A stretch of 64,000 nt of DNA, from the NCBI GenBank assembly GCA_965116925.1, contig OZ220744.1, forward strand, positions 3,456,001 through 3,520,000, in the 5' to 3' direction. The first letter of the stretch is position 1; each line of letters opens with the position of its first letter. The translations under genes and the position numbers were made by a program. The notes below the pieces were generated by a model. That model had not been told where the DNA came from. It made no database searches and was given only the letters and a program-made list of their open reading frames with translations. Positions 1 to 9,926 of the stretch are shown one piece after another. The stretch comes from Candidatus Poribacteria bacterium. Its GTDB lineage: Bacteria > Poribacteria > WGA-4E > PCPOR2b.

Positions 1-992
1 ACCACCTGGAACGGCGAATCATATAGCTTCGACCAAATCTGGAACGGTTCGCAGCTGGGGCACGCAGGCACCATGAGACCGTTAGGCACCGCGGCGACGA
101 GGTGGCAGTTGACATCTGGGAACTGTGCGCCGTGTGGTGCGATGGGTAGATGATACGCCTCGCAAAGTGCCGCGATTCGCATAAGTCCGGTATAGCCACC
201 GCCGATCAGGATATCCGTCTGTACCAGTTGAAGGGCCCCTTCATTGATGAGTCTTCTTATGCCGTAGAGGGTTCCTTCACCCTCTGCACCGGCGACGATT
301 GCGCTCGTGGCTTCCTGCACCATCCGCATGTAGAGTGGCTCATCGTCTAGTCGGACCGGCTCCTCTATCCAATACAGGTTATAAGGTTCAAGCTCACGGA
401 CAGCCGCCACCGCGACCTTCCCAGACCAAGCGCGAGATACATCTATCATCAGTTTCTTATCGGGTCCGAGAACCTCCCTCGAAAGGCGTACCTTGTCCAA
501 CACCTCTTGGGGTGTGCAGCTGTTAAAGTGCAGCTTAATCGCATCAAAGCCCAGATCGGCGTGCTCTTTGACCTCGTCGGCAACCTCTTCTGGGGACTGA
601 TCGATGTAGCCGATGCCATCAGCATAGGCGAGGACTGTATCCGTGTAGCCGCCGAGCAGTCGCCATACCGGTTGACCACAAGCCTTTCCGTACAGATCCC
701 ACAGCGCAATATCCAGCGCACCTATTGAGGACATGGCAGCGCGTCCCGGTCCGCGATACCGCCATGCCGACTCGTACATCTGATCCCAGAGTCGGGCAAT
801 TTGTCGCGGATCCTGACCGATGAGGACGGGAGCGAGATCACGGGAAATCAGTTGGGGATTTCCGCCTCGACCGAAGCCTGTCAAACCTTCGTCGGTGTGT
901 ATGAGGACATTTGTCCACTCTCTATTTATCCCTGTTTCAGGCAATCCGAATGGGTGTTTCAGGACGATAGATTCTATCTGCGTAATACGCAT
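1..992 (-). CDS. Mandelate racemase/muconate lactonizing (enolase superfamily) enzyme, runs off left edge
   Basis: Manual translation from ATG at 992 (RBS GGAGGA): MRITQIESIVLKHPFG...HTDEGLTGFG...ALDIALWDLYGKACGQPVWRLLGG. Absent from the ORF track because its stop is outside the window. Confidence 0.9.
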   Translation of the reverse strand, partial: MRITQIESIVLKHPFGLPETGINREWTNVLIHTDEGLTGFGRGGNPQLISRDLAPVLIGQDPRQIARLWDQMYESAWRYRGPGRAAMSSIGALDIALWDLYGKACGQPVWRLLGGYTDTVLAYADGIGYIDQSPEEVADEVKEHADLGFDAIKLHFNSCTPQEVLDKVRLSREVLGPDKKLMIDVSRAWSGKVAVAAVRELEPYNLYWIEEPVRLDDEPLYMRMVQEATSAIVAGAEGEGTLYGIRRLINEGALQLVQTDILIGGGYTGLMRIAALCEAYHLPIAPHGAQFPDVNCHLVAAVPNGLMVPACPSCEPFQIWSKLYDSPFQV

Positions 993-1323
993 CCGGTATC
1001 TCCTCCGCTCTTCATGAATGTCTTTGCTCATGTTAGGCAGTCGTGCAACAGAACCCGAGTGTTTCCGAAAAAACTCGGGTTATCTTCGCGCTTTGCCGCA
1101 CGATTTTGATTATAAGGATATATGAATCTTGGTCAAGAAAAAAGTTCGTGAAACGTGAAACGTGAAACGTGATGAACCGATGAACTATGGTGGGTTTTAG
1201 AGTTAATTAGACACTGTAGCGCGAACTGTTAGTTTGCAGGTTTGGATCACAATCTAACAGATCGTGGTACAAAAGACTATCTCCTTTTAATGTCTATTTA
1301 TTCTTAGAATTTACTATAATGAA

Positions 1324-2235
1324 CTATTTAACGCTTGGGGAGCGGTTAATGGTGTAGATGCCGAGTGCAACTAACGCTGCCCCGATAGTGAGCCCCATGG
1401 TAATTGGCTCACCGATGAGGAGGTTGCTCAGTAAGATTCCCCAGAGCGGTGTCGTGAAAAAGAATACGGAAAGTCGGCTGGGTGGGTAATCCTTTAGTAG
1501 GAGCGTCCATGCGACGAAACAGAACCCTGCGATGCCAGCGCCTTGGTACAGAATTGCAAACAGTGCGGGGAAGGAGAAGCCGTATCCCGCCCTGCCCTCA
1601 AAAATCGCGCTCAGAGTGAAAAAGGTGGGGACACCAATGACCATCTGTGAGACCAATACACAGTAGGTATTGATATTTTGGATAAGGCGATTGGTAACGA
1701 CGATAAGGAGTCCGAGCAGAAACCCACCGAGCAGCGTCAGGAGGTCGCCGATCAGAAATTCTCCTGTAGCACCGATGAAGTTGTCACGAAACACGAAACA
1801 GATTCCACCGAAGGCGAAGGCTAGTCCAAGCCCCTTCCGGCGCGTCATCTGATCACCCGGAACAACAAAGTGTGCGATAAGGGCGACAAAAAGCGGGTAA
1901 GTGTTTGTCATGACGGCGGTTCTACCCGCGCGCGTAAAGTCCGCCCCTACATTGAGCGCAGCGATCTGCGTTATAAATAGGATGGCAGTCAAAAACAGTC
2001 GCAGGTACTCGTGCCGCTGCGGCTTAATTGATATGCCGTTAGCCGAAGCCCAACTCGCAATGAGGATAAGTCCAATTGTAAATCTGAGTCCCGCCGAGGC
2101 GAATGGGGAAAATTCTTGGAGCCCAATTTTGAGGGAGACAGCGTTACCGCCCCAAAGCATCGCTAGAAAAAGGACAAAGAGGATAACTCTGGGTGGGATA
2201 ATATTTTGATTAGTTGGGTAAAGGGTTCGGCTCAT
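1324..2235 (-). CDS. DMT/EamA family transporter
   Basis: 303 aa with about 10 hydrophobic segments in two repeats; LWGGN, GLRF and TPLWGILLS..LIGE motifs. Confidence 0.9.
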   Translation of the reverse strand: MSRTLYPTNQNIIPPRVILFVLFLAMLWGGNAVSLKIGLQEFSPFASAGLRFTIGLILIASWASANGISIKPQRHEYLRLFLTAILFITQIAALNVGADFTRAGRTAVMTNTYPLFVALIAHFVVPGDQMTRRKGLGLAFAFGGICFVFRDNFIGATGEFLIGDLLTLLGGFLLGLLIVVTNRLIQNINTYCVLVSQMVIGVPTFFTLSAIFEGRAGYGFSFPALFAILYQGAGIAGFCFVAWTLLLKDYPPSRLSVFFFTTPLWGILLSNLLIGEPITMGLTIGAALVALGIYTINRSPSVK

Positions 2236-2461
2236 GTCAAGAGAAAGTGCAAAAAGCGTGAAACGTGATGCGTGATTCGTGATTAGGAGAAAGGAACATT
2301 TTGTAAAATAGAATCTATGTTCTCCATTTTGTAAGTGTGCCCAGTTTCACGCACACTCCCCTGACGTTGTTGTGGAATCAGTGTCAGTAGCAGCCGAATA
2401 ATTTGTGTCAGAAGACTCAGGCGATGGGTAGTGCCCGCTTTCACGCATCACGTTTCACGCA

Positions 2462-3607
2462 TCAATATTGGCGACGATGCCAATCATCCTCCCACAAATT
2501 GAACGATCCCTCACGATAAGGGTGTTCGGCGATCAGGTCTTCGTTCAGTGTCATGCCGAGACCGGGACCGTTTGGCAAGCTGAAATAGCCATCAATCACT
2601 TCGGGGCAACCGGTCGCTGCCTCTTTGACCCACGCTTCTGAGAAGTCATTGAAATGTTCCTGAATCTTGAAGTTAGGCGTGGAGGCAGAGAAGTGCAATG
2701 CGATTGCAGTAGACACGGGACCGCCCACATTGTGCGGCGCAACGAGCATATAACACATATCCCCAATGGCTGCGATTTTCTTCGTCTCTAGAAAGCCGCC
2801 CGTTTGTGTGATGTCAGGTTGGAGGATATCCGCCGCTTGGAGATTAATCAGTTCACGATACTCAAACTTGTGGTGGAGTCGTTCGCCTGTGGCGACGGGA
2901 ATATTAATGCTTTCCTCTGCTTTTGCCAATGCCGCGAGATTATCGGGCGGGACCGGTTCTTCGACCCAACTTGGCTCGAACGGTTCCAATTCGCGTGCTA
3001 TCTGGATAGCCATTGCGGGACTGAAGCGTCCGTGCATCTCAATCAAGATCTCTACTTCGGGTCCTACCGAATCGCGTACCGCTTCGACCAGCGAGACGGA
3101 TCTCAGCCTTTCCTCATAAGAGAGTTCGTAGAAGCCTGCGCCGAAGGGATCAAACTTGAGTGCCTTGTAACCTTTTTCCAGTACCGGCTTGGCAGCGGCG
3201 TGAAATTCTTCGGGGGTGCGTTCCACCTTGTACCAACCGTTGGCGTATGCCTTCATCTTGTCCCGACACGCGCCTCCGAGCAGTCGATACACCGGCTGGT
3301 CCAGCACCTTTCCGATGATGTCCCAACAGGCGATTTCGACGACGCTAATTCCCGTTGCGACAATCTCACCGGCACGTCCATAATCGTTACGGAACATCCG
3401 CAGGTAGAGGTCTTCGGTATTGAACGGATCGCTACCGATAACGTGTCGCTTCTTTGCACCATCGAGATATGCAACCAGTGCGTCCGTGCGGTTGTTCATC
3501 CGCACCTCGCTGACGCCGGTTAATCCTTCGTCGGTTTCTACTTTGACAAAGGTCAGGTTGCGCCAACTGGTGCCCATAACTAATGTCTTGACATCGGTAA
3601 TTTTCAA
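2462..3607 (-). CDS. Galactonate dehydratase-like enolase superfamily enzyme
   Basis: KVETDEGLTG, KFDPFG, EMHGR, EEP, TGER, QPD and APHN motifs. Confidence 0.9.
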   Translation of the reverse strand: MKITDVKTLVMGTSWRNLTFVKVETDEGLTGVSEVRMNNRTDALVAYLDGAKKRHVIGSDPFNTEDLYLRMFRNDYGRAGEIVATGISVVEIACWDIIGKVLDQPVYRLLGGACRDKMKAYANGWYKVERTPEEFHAAAKPVLEKGYKALKFDPFGAGFYELSYEERLRSVSLVEAVRDSVGPEVEILIEMHGRFSPAMAIQIARELEPFEPSWVEEPVPPDNLAALAKAEESINIPVATGERLHHKFEYRELINLQAADILQPDITQTGGFLETKKIAAIGDMCYMLVAPHNVGGPVSTAIALHFSASTPNFKIQEHFNDFSEAWVKEAATGCPEVIDGYFSLPNGPGLGMTLNEDLIAEHPYREGSFNLWEDDWHRRQY

Positions 3608-3798
3608 TATTGCGTCTCCTTGTTATCTTGGATTCCAAGATGTTGTTTCTTTGATTTACAGTTGAATGCACACCGCTGTAACGCGAGGCAGCCCGTAGGT
3701 TGGGTTGAACGGAATTTATGACAAACGCCACACATTGTAATTGGACTTAGAGGGACAATTCTGATTGAAATCTTACAAGTGGAGTAAAACCCAACATT

Positions 3799-3906
3799 TA
3801 TAGTAGATTTTAGAATTAATGAGACACTCCAAATCGGCGCAGTTGGAAACAGCGCCTACCAAACATGGGGCGCGAAAGTGTCTGTTTATTTTTTGAATTC
3901 ACTATA
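3799..3906. repeat. 108-bp dispersed MITE/REP-like repeat (near-identical copy at 8521-8628)
   Basis: TATAGTAGATTTTAGAATTAAT...TTTTTGAATTCACTATA imperfect inverted ends around a palindromic core; related pieces near 1186-1318, 30064-30125 and 45796-45975. Confidence 0.75.
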
Positions 3907-4262
3907 ATCGTCGTTGGACTGAGATGTTGGGTTTCACTCTCGCTATCTACAAGACGGTGTTGTTGAAATGCAGCACATCTATTGTCGTTGATAGGGGAAC
4001 TAGCTTTAACCGTTCAACCCAACCTACGATAACCTAAAGTTGCTAGGGCGTGTTGACATTTTGATGTTGCTAATTCGGTAAACGCCATAATCATCGGGTA
4101 ATCTGGCAAATGTAGCGTAAACTGTTAGTTTGCGAACTGAGATCACAATCTAACAGATTGTGGTACAGAAGATTCGTTACGATACTATGTGGCTCATTCG
4201 CTCATGGGTATTATACTTGATCTCAAAAGCGTTGTGTTGGAAAAAGTTGGGTTCGGAACGAA

Positions 4263-4958
4263 TCACTCGTGGGGGATGATGCGGCGCTTGAGTTCGGCCA
4301 TGTTGAAACGATCGCTCTCTAGGAAATCGAAATACTCTGCTTCCTCCTCATGAACCGCCTCCGATCGTTTCACCACATCTGCGGCGATGTCGATGGGGAC
4401 GGAGACCAGGCCGCTTTCGTCGCCGTGCAGCAAGTCGCCCGGTGAAATGGTCAAACCACAGACCGATACCGTCACGTTGAAGTCGATGTATACGCCGTAA
4501 CCGTGTGAGACGACCCACCCGGTCGAAAAGACATGAAAATCCGGTGTGCGTTGACGGATAGCGCTTCGGTCACGTCCGTTGGCGTCAGTAACAAACCCCA
4601 CGCAGCCCAATTTGCTTGCAATCGTGCAGAACATATCGCCGAACAGGCAGCACCGCTTGCGGTCATGCCCGACGTGCTGGACAACGAGCACCGATGGCTT
4701 AGGTGCCGCATCAATCGCCTCCACCAGATCATCAACGCGCGAGGATCTTGTGTCGCCGGGTGTGGTGGTATCGGCTGTCACCGTGAGGGCGTAGCCAACC
4801 ATCGGCGCAGCGATTTCAGGCATCTGGCAGATCAGCTCATTGTTGGCATAACCCATAGTTGGGTCGCGCACTTCAAAATGTTCAATTGCATTGGCAACTG
4901 TCGCGCTATCATGCTGTCGCAGCCCTTCGATTAGTTGCGGTGATTGTATTTGACTCAT
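4263..4958 (-). CDS. RraA/HMG-aldolase family protein
   Basis: SATVANAIE, VGYALT, FGD, GRD and ISPGDLLHGDESGLVSVP motifs; start moved to ATG 4958. Confidence 0.85.
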   Translation of the reverse strand: MSQIQSPQLIEGLRQHDSATVANAIEHFEVRDPTMGYANNELICQMPEIAAPMVGYALTVTADTTTPGDTRSSRVDDLVEAIDAAPKPSVLVVQHVGHDRKRCCLFGDMFCTIASKLGCVGFVTDANGRDRSAIRQRTPDFHVFSTGWVVSHGYGVYIDFNVTVSVCGLTISPGDLLHGDESGLVSVPIDIAADVVKRSEAVHEEEAEYFDFLESDRFNMAELKRRIIPHE

Positions 4959-5108
4959 TTGGAATACCCTTTCCTTGATTGAGGTTAGGTGCTGCCGGTC
5001 CCCGGACATCACCATCGCCTTTTATGGCTGGCATTACAAAGCGAGAATGGCACAATGTTGAGCAGCGGTCACGGCACGCGGAGCGTGCCTATTACTATGG
5101 TTACACAG

Positions 5109-5963
5109 CTAGAACGGCGCAATGTTGAGCACCGCCTGCTCTTCAGGTGTCAGCGCGGCAATCTGTTCCTCGGTCATACCTCTGAAATGCGTGTTCGGTG
5201 GAACTCCAGCCTCAAGTCCCCAGATGCGTCGCTCGGCTTCGGTCATCGCTGCGCGAACCTCCGGCGACACATAGCGGTAGGAATCGTTGAACCCTTTAAT
5301 CCACCACCGCTGGAAGTAGAAAATCAGTGCGTATCGTGGGCTATCGCTGGAATTGATTCCCGCAGTGTGCCATAGACTCGAATCCCACAGAAATACCGAT
5401 CCCGCCGGTGCCTCAGCGATGATGCCGCCCGGTGGTAGGGTTTCCGGTTCTTCGGGTGGAATTTCGAGGGACAGGTGTGAGCGGGGCCAAATCATTGGCG
5501 CACCTGTTTCCTCTGTGAAATCGACCATCGCCCACACAGACTGAATCGCCATCGGGTAGTGTGCCCCGCCGATGAAAGGTTTTACAGTGAAGTCTGCCCA
5601 GTCAGCGTGTAGATTGCCGCCCAGTCGGGTTGCGTCCTTTTTACCAGTTGGCATTGGGGTTCGTATGACTACGTCGTGGGCAAACATATCCTCGCCCAGC
5701 AGGCGGCGGGCGACGTCGATTGGTGCCGGGTTGCGAAGCGGCATGCCGTAGAAGTGTGGATGCTTGCCTTGGACGTTGAACGCGTGTCGAAGGTGCTCGT
5801 TCTGCAAGCCGTATTTACGGGCGATCGCTTCTTCGGCAGCCAATGTCTCTTCGATCGCCTGCTTGGTCGCTTCAAGTTCCGATGGTGGGATGACGTTGTG
5901 CATAACGGTGTAGCCGTCCCGTTCCAATTCGGTTGCGTGTCGTTCAATGTCGAAGGTTTTCAT
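5109..5963 (-). CDS. Phytanoyl-CoA dioxygenase (PhyH) family Fe/2OG dioxygenase
   Basis: LERDGY, H-x-D (LHAD), DFTEETGA, AGSVFLWDSSLWH...NSSDSPR; start at ATG 5963 with RBS AGGAG. Confidence 0.88.
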   Translation of the reverse strand: MKTFDIERHATELERDGYTVMHNVIPPSELEATKQAIEETLAAEEAIARKYGLQNEHLRHAFNVQGKHPHFYGMPLRNPAPIDVARRLLGEDMFAHDVVIRTPMPTGKKDATRLGGNLHADWADFTVKPFIGGAHYPMAIQSVWAMVDFTEETGAPMIWPRSHLSLEIPPEEPETLPPGGIIAEAPAGSVFLWDSSLWHTAGINSSDSPRYALIFYFQRWWIKGFNDSYRYVSPEVRAAMTEAERRIWGLEAGVPPNTHFRGMTEEQIAALTPEEQAVLNIAPF

Positions 5964-6265
5964 GGCATTTCTCCTGCTGTCTGATGCTGATATGCTTGCT
6001 ATAGATAGATTTGGGGTAGCTCTGCTTGGACCCTTGGACATGTATTATCGGCAGGTAAAATACGACGCGGGACCACGGTTGGGTAAACTGGGGTGGCAGA
6101 CCGGATACGGTTATGAAAATCGAATATATCGTTGATGGCAGTATATGTGATTATAGCACTACAGGCAATCGCCCCGAAAACAGCTTTGCTCCGATTCACC
6201 CTCCAATTCATCCCACCCCCACGGGGCGGACATCGTAAATCTGTGTAGCCGTGGGTGCATTGGCT

Positions 6266-6295
6266 ATTATAGTAGATATCCTCGAAAATTGTCAA
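6266..6295 (-). promoter_or_regulatory. sigma70-type promoter facing the host genes
   Basis: TTGACA-18 bp-TATAAT on the minus strand, divergent from the 6418 promoter. Confidence 0.6.
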
Positions 6296-6417
6296 GCGGT
6301 TACGAGCAGGTCACTCACAACGTTTTCGGTTGCAGAGAAACACATCGTCGTAAGAGAATAAAATCTCTAATAAGAAAGTTTTTATAAAAATTATTTACTA
6401 TAAAGCAAAAAAAATAG

Positions 6418-6446
6418 TTGACAATGGTCAAAAAGTTTGGTATAAT
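6418..6446 (+). promoter_or_regulatory. Consensus sigma70 promoter (leader copy 1)
   Basis: TTGACA(6418-6423)-17 bp-TATAAT(6441-6446). Confidence 0.85.
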
Positions 6447-6451
6447 TCCCC

Positions 6452-6568
6452 CGTCTTGATAAAACAAGGCGAAGAAATACCCATCAGAATATCTGCGTGG
6501 ATCTACCCCGGATGGGGCGGTATCCAGAGGAAAGGGCCCTCTTGATACTGCTCTGTTCGGGGTTTTTT
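6452..6568 (+). ncRNA. Putative attenuator leader RNA, copy 1 (antiterminator-like hairpin overlapping a terminator)
   Basis: 5' hairpin CGTCTTG-ATAAAA-CAAGGCG; core GGATCTACCCCGGATGGGGCGGTATCC (6499-6525); 3' arm GATACTGCTCTGTTCGGGGT plus a T tract pairs with the core. Confidence 0.7.
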
Positions 6569-6587
6569 GTTTTAGGAAAGGGCAATG

Positions 6588-6626
6588 ATGCAACATAGAG
6601 ACTTTTGGGATTCAATCATCGAATAG
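6588..6626 (+). pseudogene. Truncated copy of the DUF2292-like ORF
   Basis: MQHRDFWDSIIE* versus intact MRHKDFWDSIIEQ... at 8941; followed by a host repeat fragment also seen near 3987-4025. Confidence 0.75.
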
Positions 6627-6869
6627 GTGGTTGATAGGGGTTCGCTTTTAACCGTTCAACCTAACCTGCTGAACTATGTTTTTCTGTGGAGTCCGACTGA
6701 GCTTCGGGTTGTGCCGAACCGATCTGAGGGGAAGGGGTTAACGCCAGACGATGAAGCTGGCCATTGAGAAGTTGAACAACATCAACCAGAGTATTATCAC
6801 GTTCGACGATCATATCCAGCAATTAGAGGAGAAAGTTAAGTAACCCATCATTAAGAAGGAGAAATTAAA

Positions 6870-7505
6870 ATGCCACTGACTGTTGCAGGACCGAGACGGT
6901 TGGGTAGTTTGGAAAAGGATGTAATTAATTTTGTTTTTGATCACACGATTGATCCGGATGAGTTGTGGATTACGATTCCTGAGAATATCATTTATCCGAA
7001 TGATTGGGGAAGTGGGGCCTATCAGGCACCGGACTTGATTAAGATCAGTCGGGCGGCGCATCTTCATACTGACGACTTAAATTGGCATTCGACCATAGAG
7101 AACACCGATTGGACGAATATCAATAACTTTGAATATGTGGGACGGCTTGTCCATGAAGCTTGTCATCACTGGCAAAGGATTCACGACCGATATAATAATG
7201 CCGGGACGGACTATACATTTAATGGACAGATGTTAGCGAATCTTGATTTTGCGAACAAGGAGCAACATGCGTCGGCTGCACAGATTTACCTTATCGTGAA
7301 ATGGCAGCTAGAGCGCGGTATCCAGCTTGTGAATTTGACGGATGGCACGGCTTATGGAATCCAGAACATCGGGCCCATGAATAGGATGCTTCGGATCGAA
7401 TTGATTCCGCTTGACGACGATAACAATCGGATTGTGACTCAGGGAGTTGCAAACTCAATCGTATCGGATTTCGATGCGTATTTGGAGGAACTAAGAGGTG
7501 TTTAG
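6870..7505 (+). CDS. HExxH zinc metallopeptidase-like protein P1
   Basis: MPL..GPRRL..LEK..VF..IDP N-terminus; LVHEACHHWQ; downstream KEQHASAAQ; no signal peptide. Confidence 0.8.
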   Translation: MPLTVAGPRRLGSLEKDVINFVFDHTIDPDELWITIPENIIYPNDWGSGAYQAPDLIKISRAAHLHTDDLNWHSTIENTDWTNINNFEYVGRLVHEACHHWQRIHDRYNNAGTDYTFNGQMLANLDFANKEQHASAAQIYLIVKWQLERGIQLVNLTDGTAYGIQNIGPMNRMLRIELIPLDDDNNRIVTQGVANSIVSDFDAYLEELRGV

Positions 7506-7603
7506 CCTGTTAACCTCTTGAAGCCAAAAGCTACAAATCTCCTAACACGCGAAGGAGATTATAACATTACTTGCTTACGTTGGAGTGTCCGACAGTTTTC
7601 GAG

Positions 7604-8407
7604 TTAATCCTTTGTCGTAAATGTGATAGTGGTTTCGAGTGTCTGACACCCAGTATCCTGAACTAAGAGATCCATAACGTAGGTTGTACCATGGCGAAGG
7701 AGAGAACACTGATTCGGGGGTGTGAGTGTCACCGTGATAAGTTTATCCCATTGAGCCGTCCAACCGAGTGTTGGGCCCTCTTTAGGGCGGAGGTCAAACT
7801 GAGATGTGGCGATGTTGCCCTTTGAAAACGTGATAGTGATTCCGTCCCGATTCAAGGGGGCAGGGGCAATGTCCACATCACCATCATATATGCTGGCAAA
7901 TGCAATGACAAGTTTTGTAGGATCAAAAGCAGATGCAGCTTTCCCAGGTCTGGTCTTTGTCGTAAATGTGATAGTACCGTCAGTTTTCCAAGAGCTGAAA
8001 TCCTGAACAACAAAATCAATGGTGTAGGTCATACCGGGGCGAAGTACAGAACACAGATGCGGCGGCGTGAGTGTTACCGTTTGTCCATCTGCATACCACG
8101 CCACCCTCCAGTCGAGCGAAGTGCCTTCTTTATCGTGTAGGTTAAAGTGAGATAGAGAGACTCGTTCAGAGAATATAATACGTATTCCTTCACGATTCAA
8201 TGGTTCAGGGTCTACGTCAGTATCACCATCAGTGATGCTGCTTGCTGTAATGATAGGTCCTGAGAGGTCCAAAGATGCCGCTGCTTGAGACAGTTGGTTT
8301 GCAACGACTTTAATTTCGGCGAGATCTTCGTTCGGCTCTGAGACCGGGTTTTGGTTCCCGCAGCCGAGAATCAGGATAGTGAACATCAATAGAGTGAGTT
8401 TTTTCAT
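7604..8407 (-). CDS. Lipoprotein L1 with two Ig-like (Big_5/SbsA-like) repeats
   Basis: MKKL...LILGC lipobox; repeated DG..DVDPEPLNR.GI.I.FS...W....VTLTPP...Y.....QD....ITFTTK. Confidence 0.8.
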   Translation of the reverse strand: MKKLTLLMFTILILGCGNQNPVSEPNEDLAEIKVVANQLSQAAASLDLSGPIITASSITDGDTDVDPEPLNREGIRIIFSERVSLSHFNLHDKEGTSLDWRVAWYADGQTVTLTPPHLCSVLRPGMTYTIDFVVQDFSSWKTDGTITFTTKTRPGKAASAFDPTKLVIAFASIYDGDVDIAPAPLNRDGITITFSKGNIATSQFDLRPKEGPTLGWTAQWDKLITVTLTPPNQCSLLRHGTTYVMDLLVQDTGCQTLETTITFTTKD

Positions 8408-8520
8408 GGGAGACCTCCTTACGTGAAACGTGATGGGTAAAATGCCATTCCCCCAATGTATCGGGGACGAGTCGGGATGTGAAAACGTGAAAATGGGAAT
8501 TTCACATTAGTTTCCTTATT

Positions 8521-8628
8521 TATAGTAGATTTTAGAATTAATGAGACACTCTAAATCGGCGCAGTTACAAACAGCGCCTACCAAACATGGGGAGCGAAAG
8601 TGCCCGTTTATTTTTTGAATTCACTATA
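8521..8628. repeat. 108-bp dispersed repeat, copy of 3799-3906
   Basis: Near-identical sequence by direct comparison. Confidence 0.8.
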
Positions 8629-8747
8629 GTTCATTGGTTCAACTGAAGCAGGTAAATCTTAAATAATTAATTGCAACTCACTGGGGTTTACTTCAGAAAA
8701 AAGCAGGGTTTCTCCCCAAAAAAATTAGCGATAGTCAAAAAGTTTGG

Positions 8748-8922
8748 TATAATTCTCTCGTCTTGATAAAACAAGGCGAAATGATACCCATCGGAATATC
8801 TGCGTGGATCTACCCCGGATGGGGCGGTATCTTTGTTGGTTCATCAGTTCATTGGTTCATTAGTTCATTGAATGAGCCGGTGGACCGATGAACGCACATA
8901 GCTGCTCTATTTGGGGTTTTTT
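8748..8922 (+). ncRNA. Putative attenuator leader RNA, copy 2
   Basis: TATAAT at 8748 (decayed -35 TTAGCG); same 5' hairpin; core at 8806-8831; terminator loop expanded by GGTTCATT octamers; 3' arm GCTGCTCTATTTGGGGTTTTTT. Confidence 0.7.
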
Positions 8923-8940
8923 GTTTTAGGAAAGGGCACG

Positions 8941-9120
8941 ATGCGACATAAAGACTTTTGGGATTCAATCATCGAACAGATTGAGCGGTTCAGGCGAGAA
9001 AACCGGTTCGGCACGGTGCAGCTGAAGATTCGGAATCATGAGATTGTGCATTTTGAGATGACCCCCGTGATGCGGGGAGAGCTGCCAAAACGGCGGAATC
9101 AGAGGGAGAGCGCTGAGTGA
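8941..9120 (+). CDS. Small DUF2292 (YezD)-like protein
   Basis: 59 aa MRHKDFWDSIIEQIERFRRENRFGTVQLKIRNHEIVHFE..., resembling the FG-x-V-x-I-x-V-x(3)-VV-x-IE pattern; starts just after the terminator T tract. Confidence 0.6.
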   Translation: MRHKDFWDSIIEQIERFRRENRFGTVQLKIRNHEIVHFEMTPVMRGELPKRRNQRESAE

Positions 9121-9431
9121 AACGTGAACAGGAGAAACCGGTGATATGGGGAAATATGGTTATTTTGCTAGCTATGAACACGAGTTGACGGATCCAAGAC
9201 TGAGAGAACGCTATGTTTGTGCAGAATCCACGCAACGTTCACGGGGTACTCGAAGGACTGAGTACTTTTAGCCAGACTCACGTAGGTGAGCTGCCACTGA
9301 CCGATCCATCGTGGAGTGTCAGGCAGCGTGGATGAGTGCTGCTCGACAGTCAGGTAGATGTGCCCGCCCCATTACCAGTTTCAGCCGCCGATAATAGCGA
9401 CAGGCGCGTAGATCCACTTTCACGCTTTATA

Positions 9432-9887
9432 CTAGGGCTTTGGCTTCGTCCGAAACCGTATCTCAAACCTGAAGCTATGACATGCGAGATCTTGAACGTA
9501 CATCTTAATCACGTACTCAGTATCAAATTCCAACTCCTGATCGGCAATGGGAGTTAACATTACAGCTGATGTGACAACGTCCGATAGACCGGTACCCGCC
9601 CAATGAAGGGGCTTTCCTTCACGGAAGAAATCAACCTTACGCATCTTGAGATCTTCATCAAAATCGAAGCGCAAACCTCTATTAGCCAGTTCAGGGTCGA
9701 CGTCATCTTGTCCGTCCCACACGGTGGCGAATATGATTTGCAAATCTATATCAACCCGCAAGTGTTCACCTGATGCTACGGTGGGTATGTGTTCTTCGAT
9801 AATGGGTTCTGATTCTTCGACTACCGACGTTTCAGTGCCGCAGCCGAGGATCAGAATGGCGAACATCAATAGAGATAGTTTCTTCAT
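9432..9887 (-). CDS. Lipoprotein L2, single Ig-like domain
   Basis: LILGC lipobox; paralog of L9 and L11. Confidence 0.8.
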   Translation of the reverse strand: MKKLSLLMFAILILGCGTETSVVEESEPIIEEHIPTVASGEHLRVDIDLQIIFATVWDGQDDVDPELANRGLRFDFDEDLKMRKVDFFREGKPLHWAGTGLSDVVTSAVMLTPIADQELEFDTEYVIKMYVQDLACHSFRFEIRFRTKPKP

Positions 9888-9926
9888 GAGTTTCCTCCTT
9901 AGGGCTCGAGCAAGTAGTGGAGCTTT

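Noticed and set aside
6200..6260. IS200/IS605-type end-like hairpins
   Set aside because: Only short resemblance and no transposase or TnpB; insufficient support.
6521..6547. SAM-I riboswitch suggested by TATCCAGAG...CTTGATA
   Set aside because: The other SAM-I elements are missing. The segment is the upper part of the terminator stem and is absent from copies 2, 3 and 5.
150..6596. Numerous short ORFs antisense to or overlapping the host genes, and similar shadow ORFs across the window
   Set aside because: They overlap well-supported genes and show no motifs or RBS.
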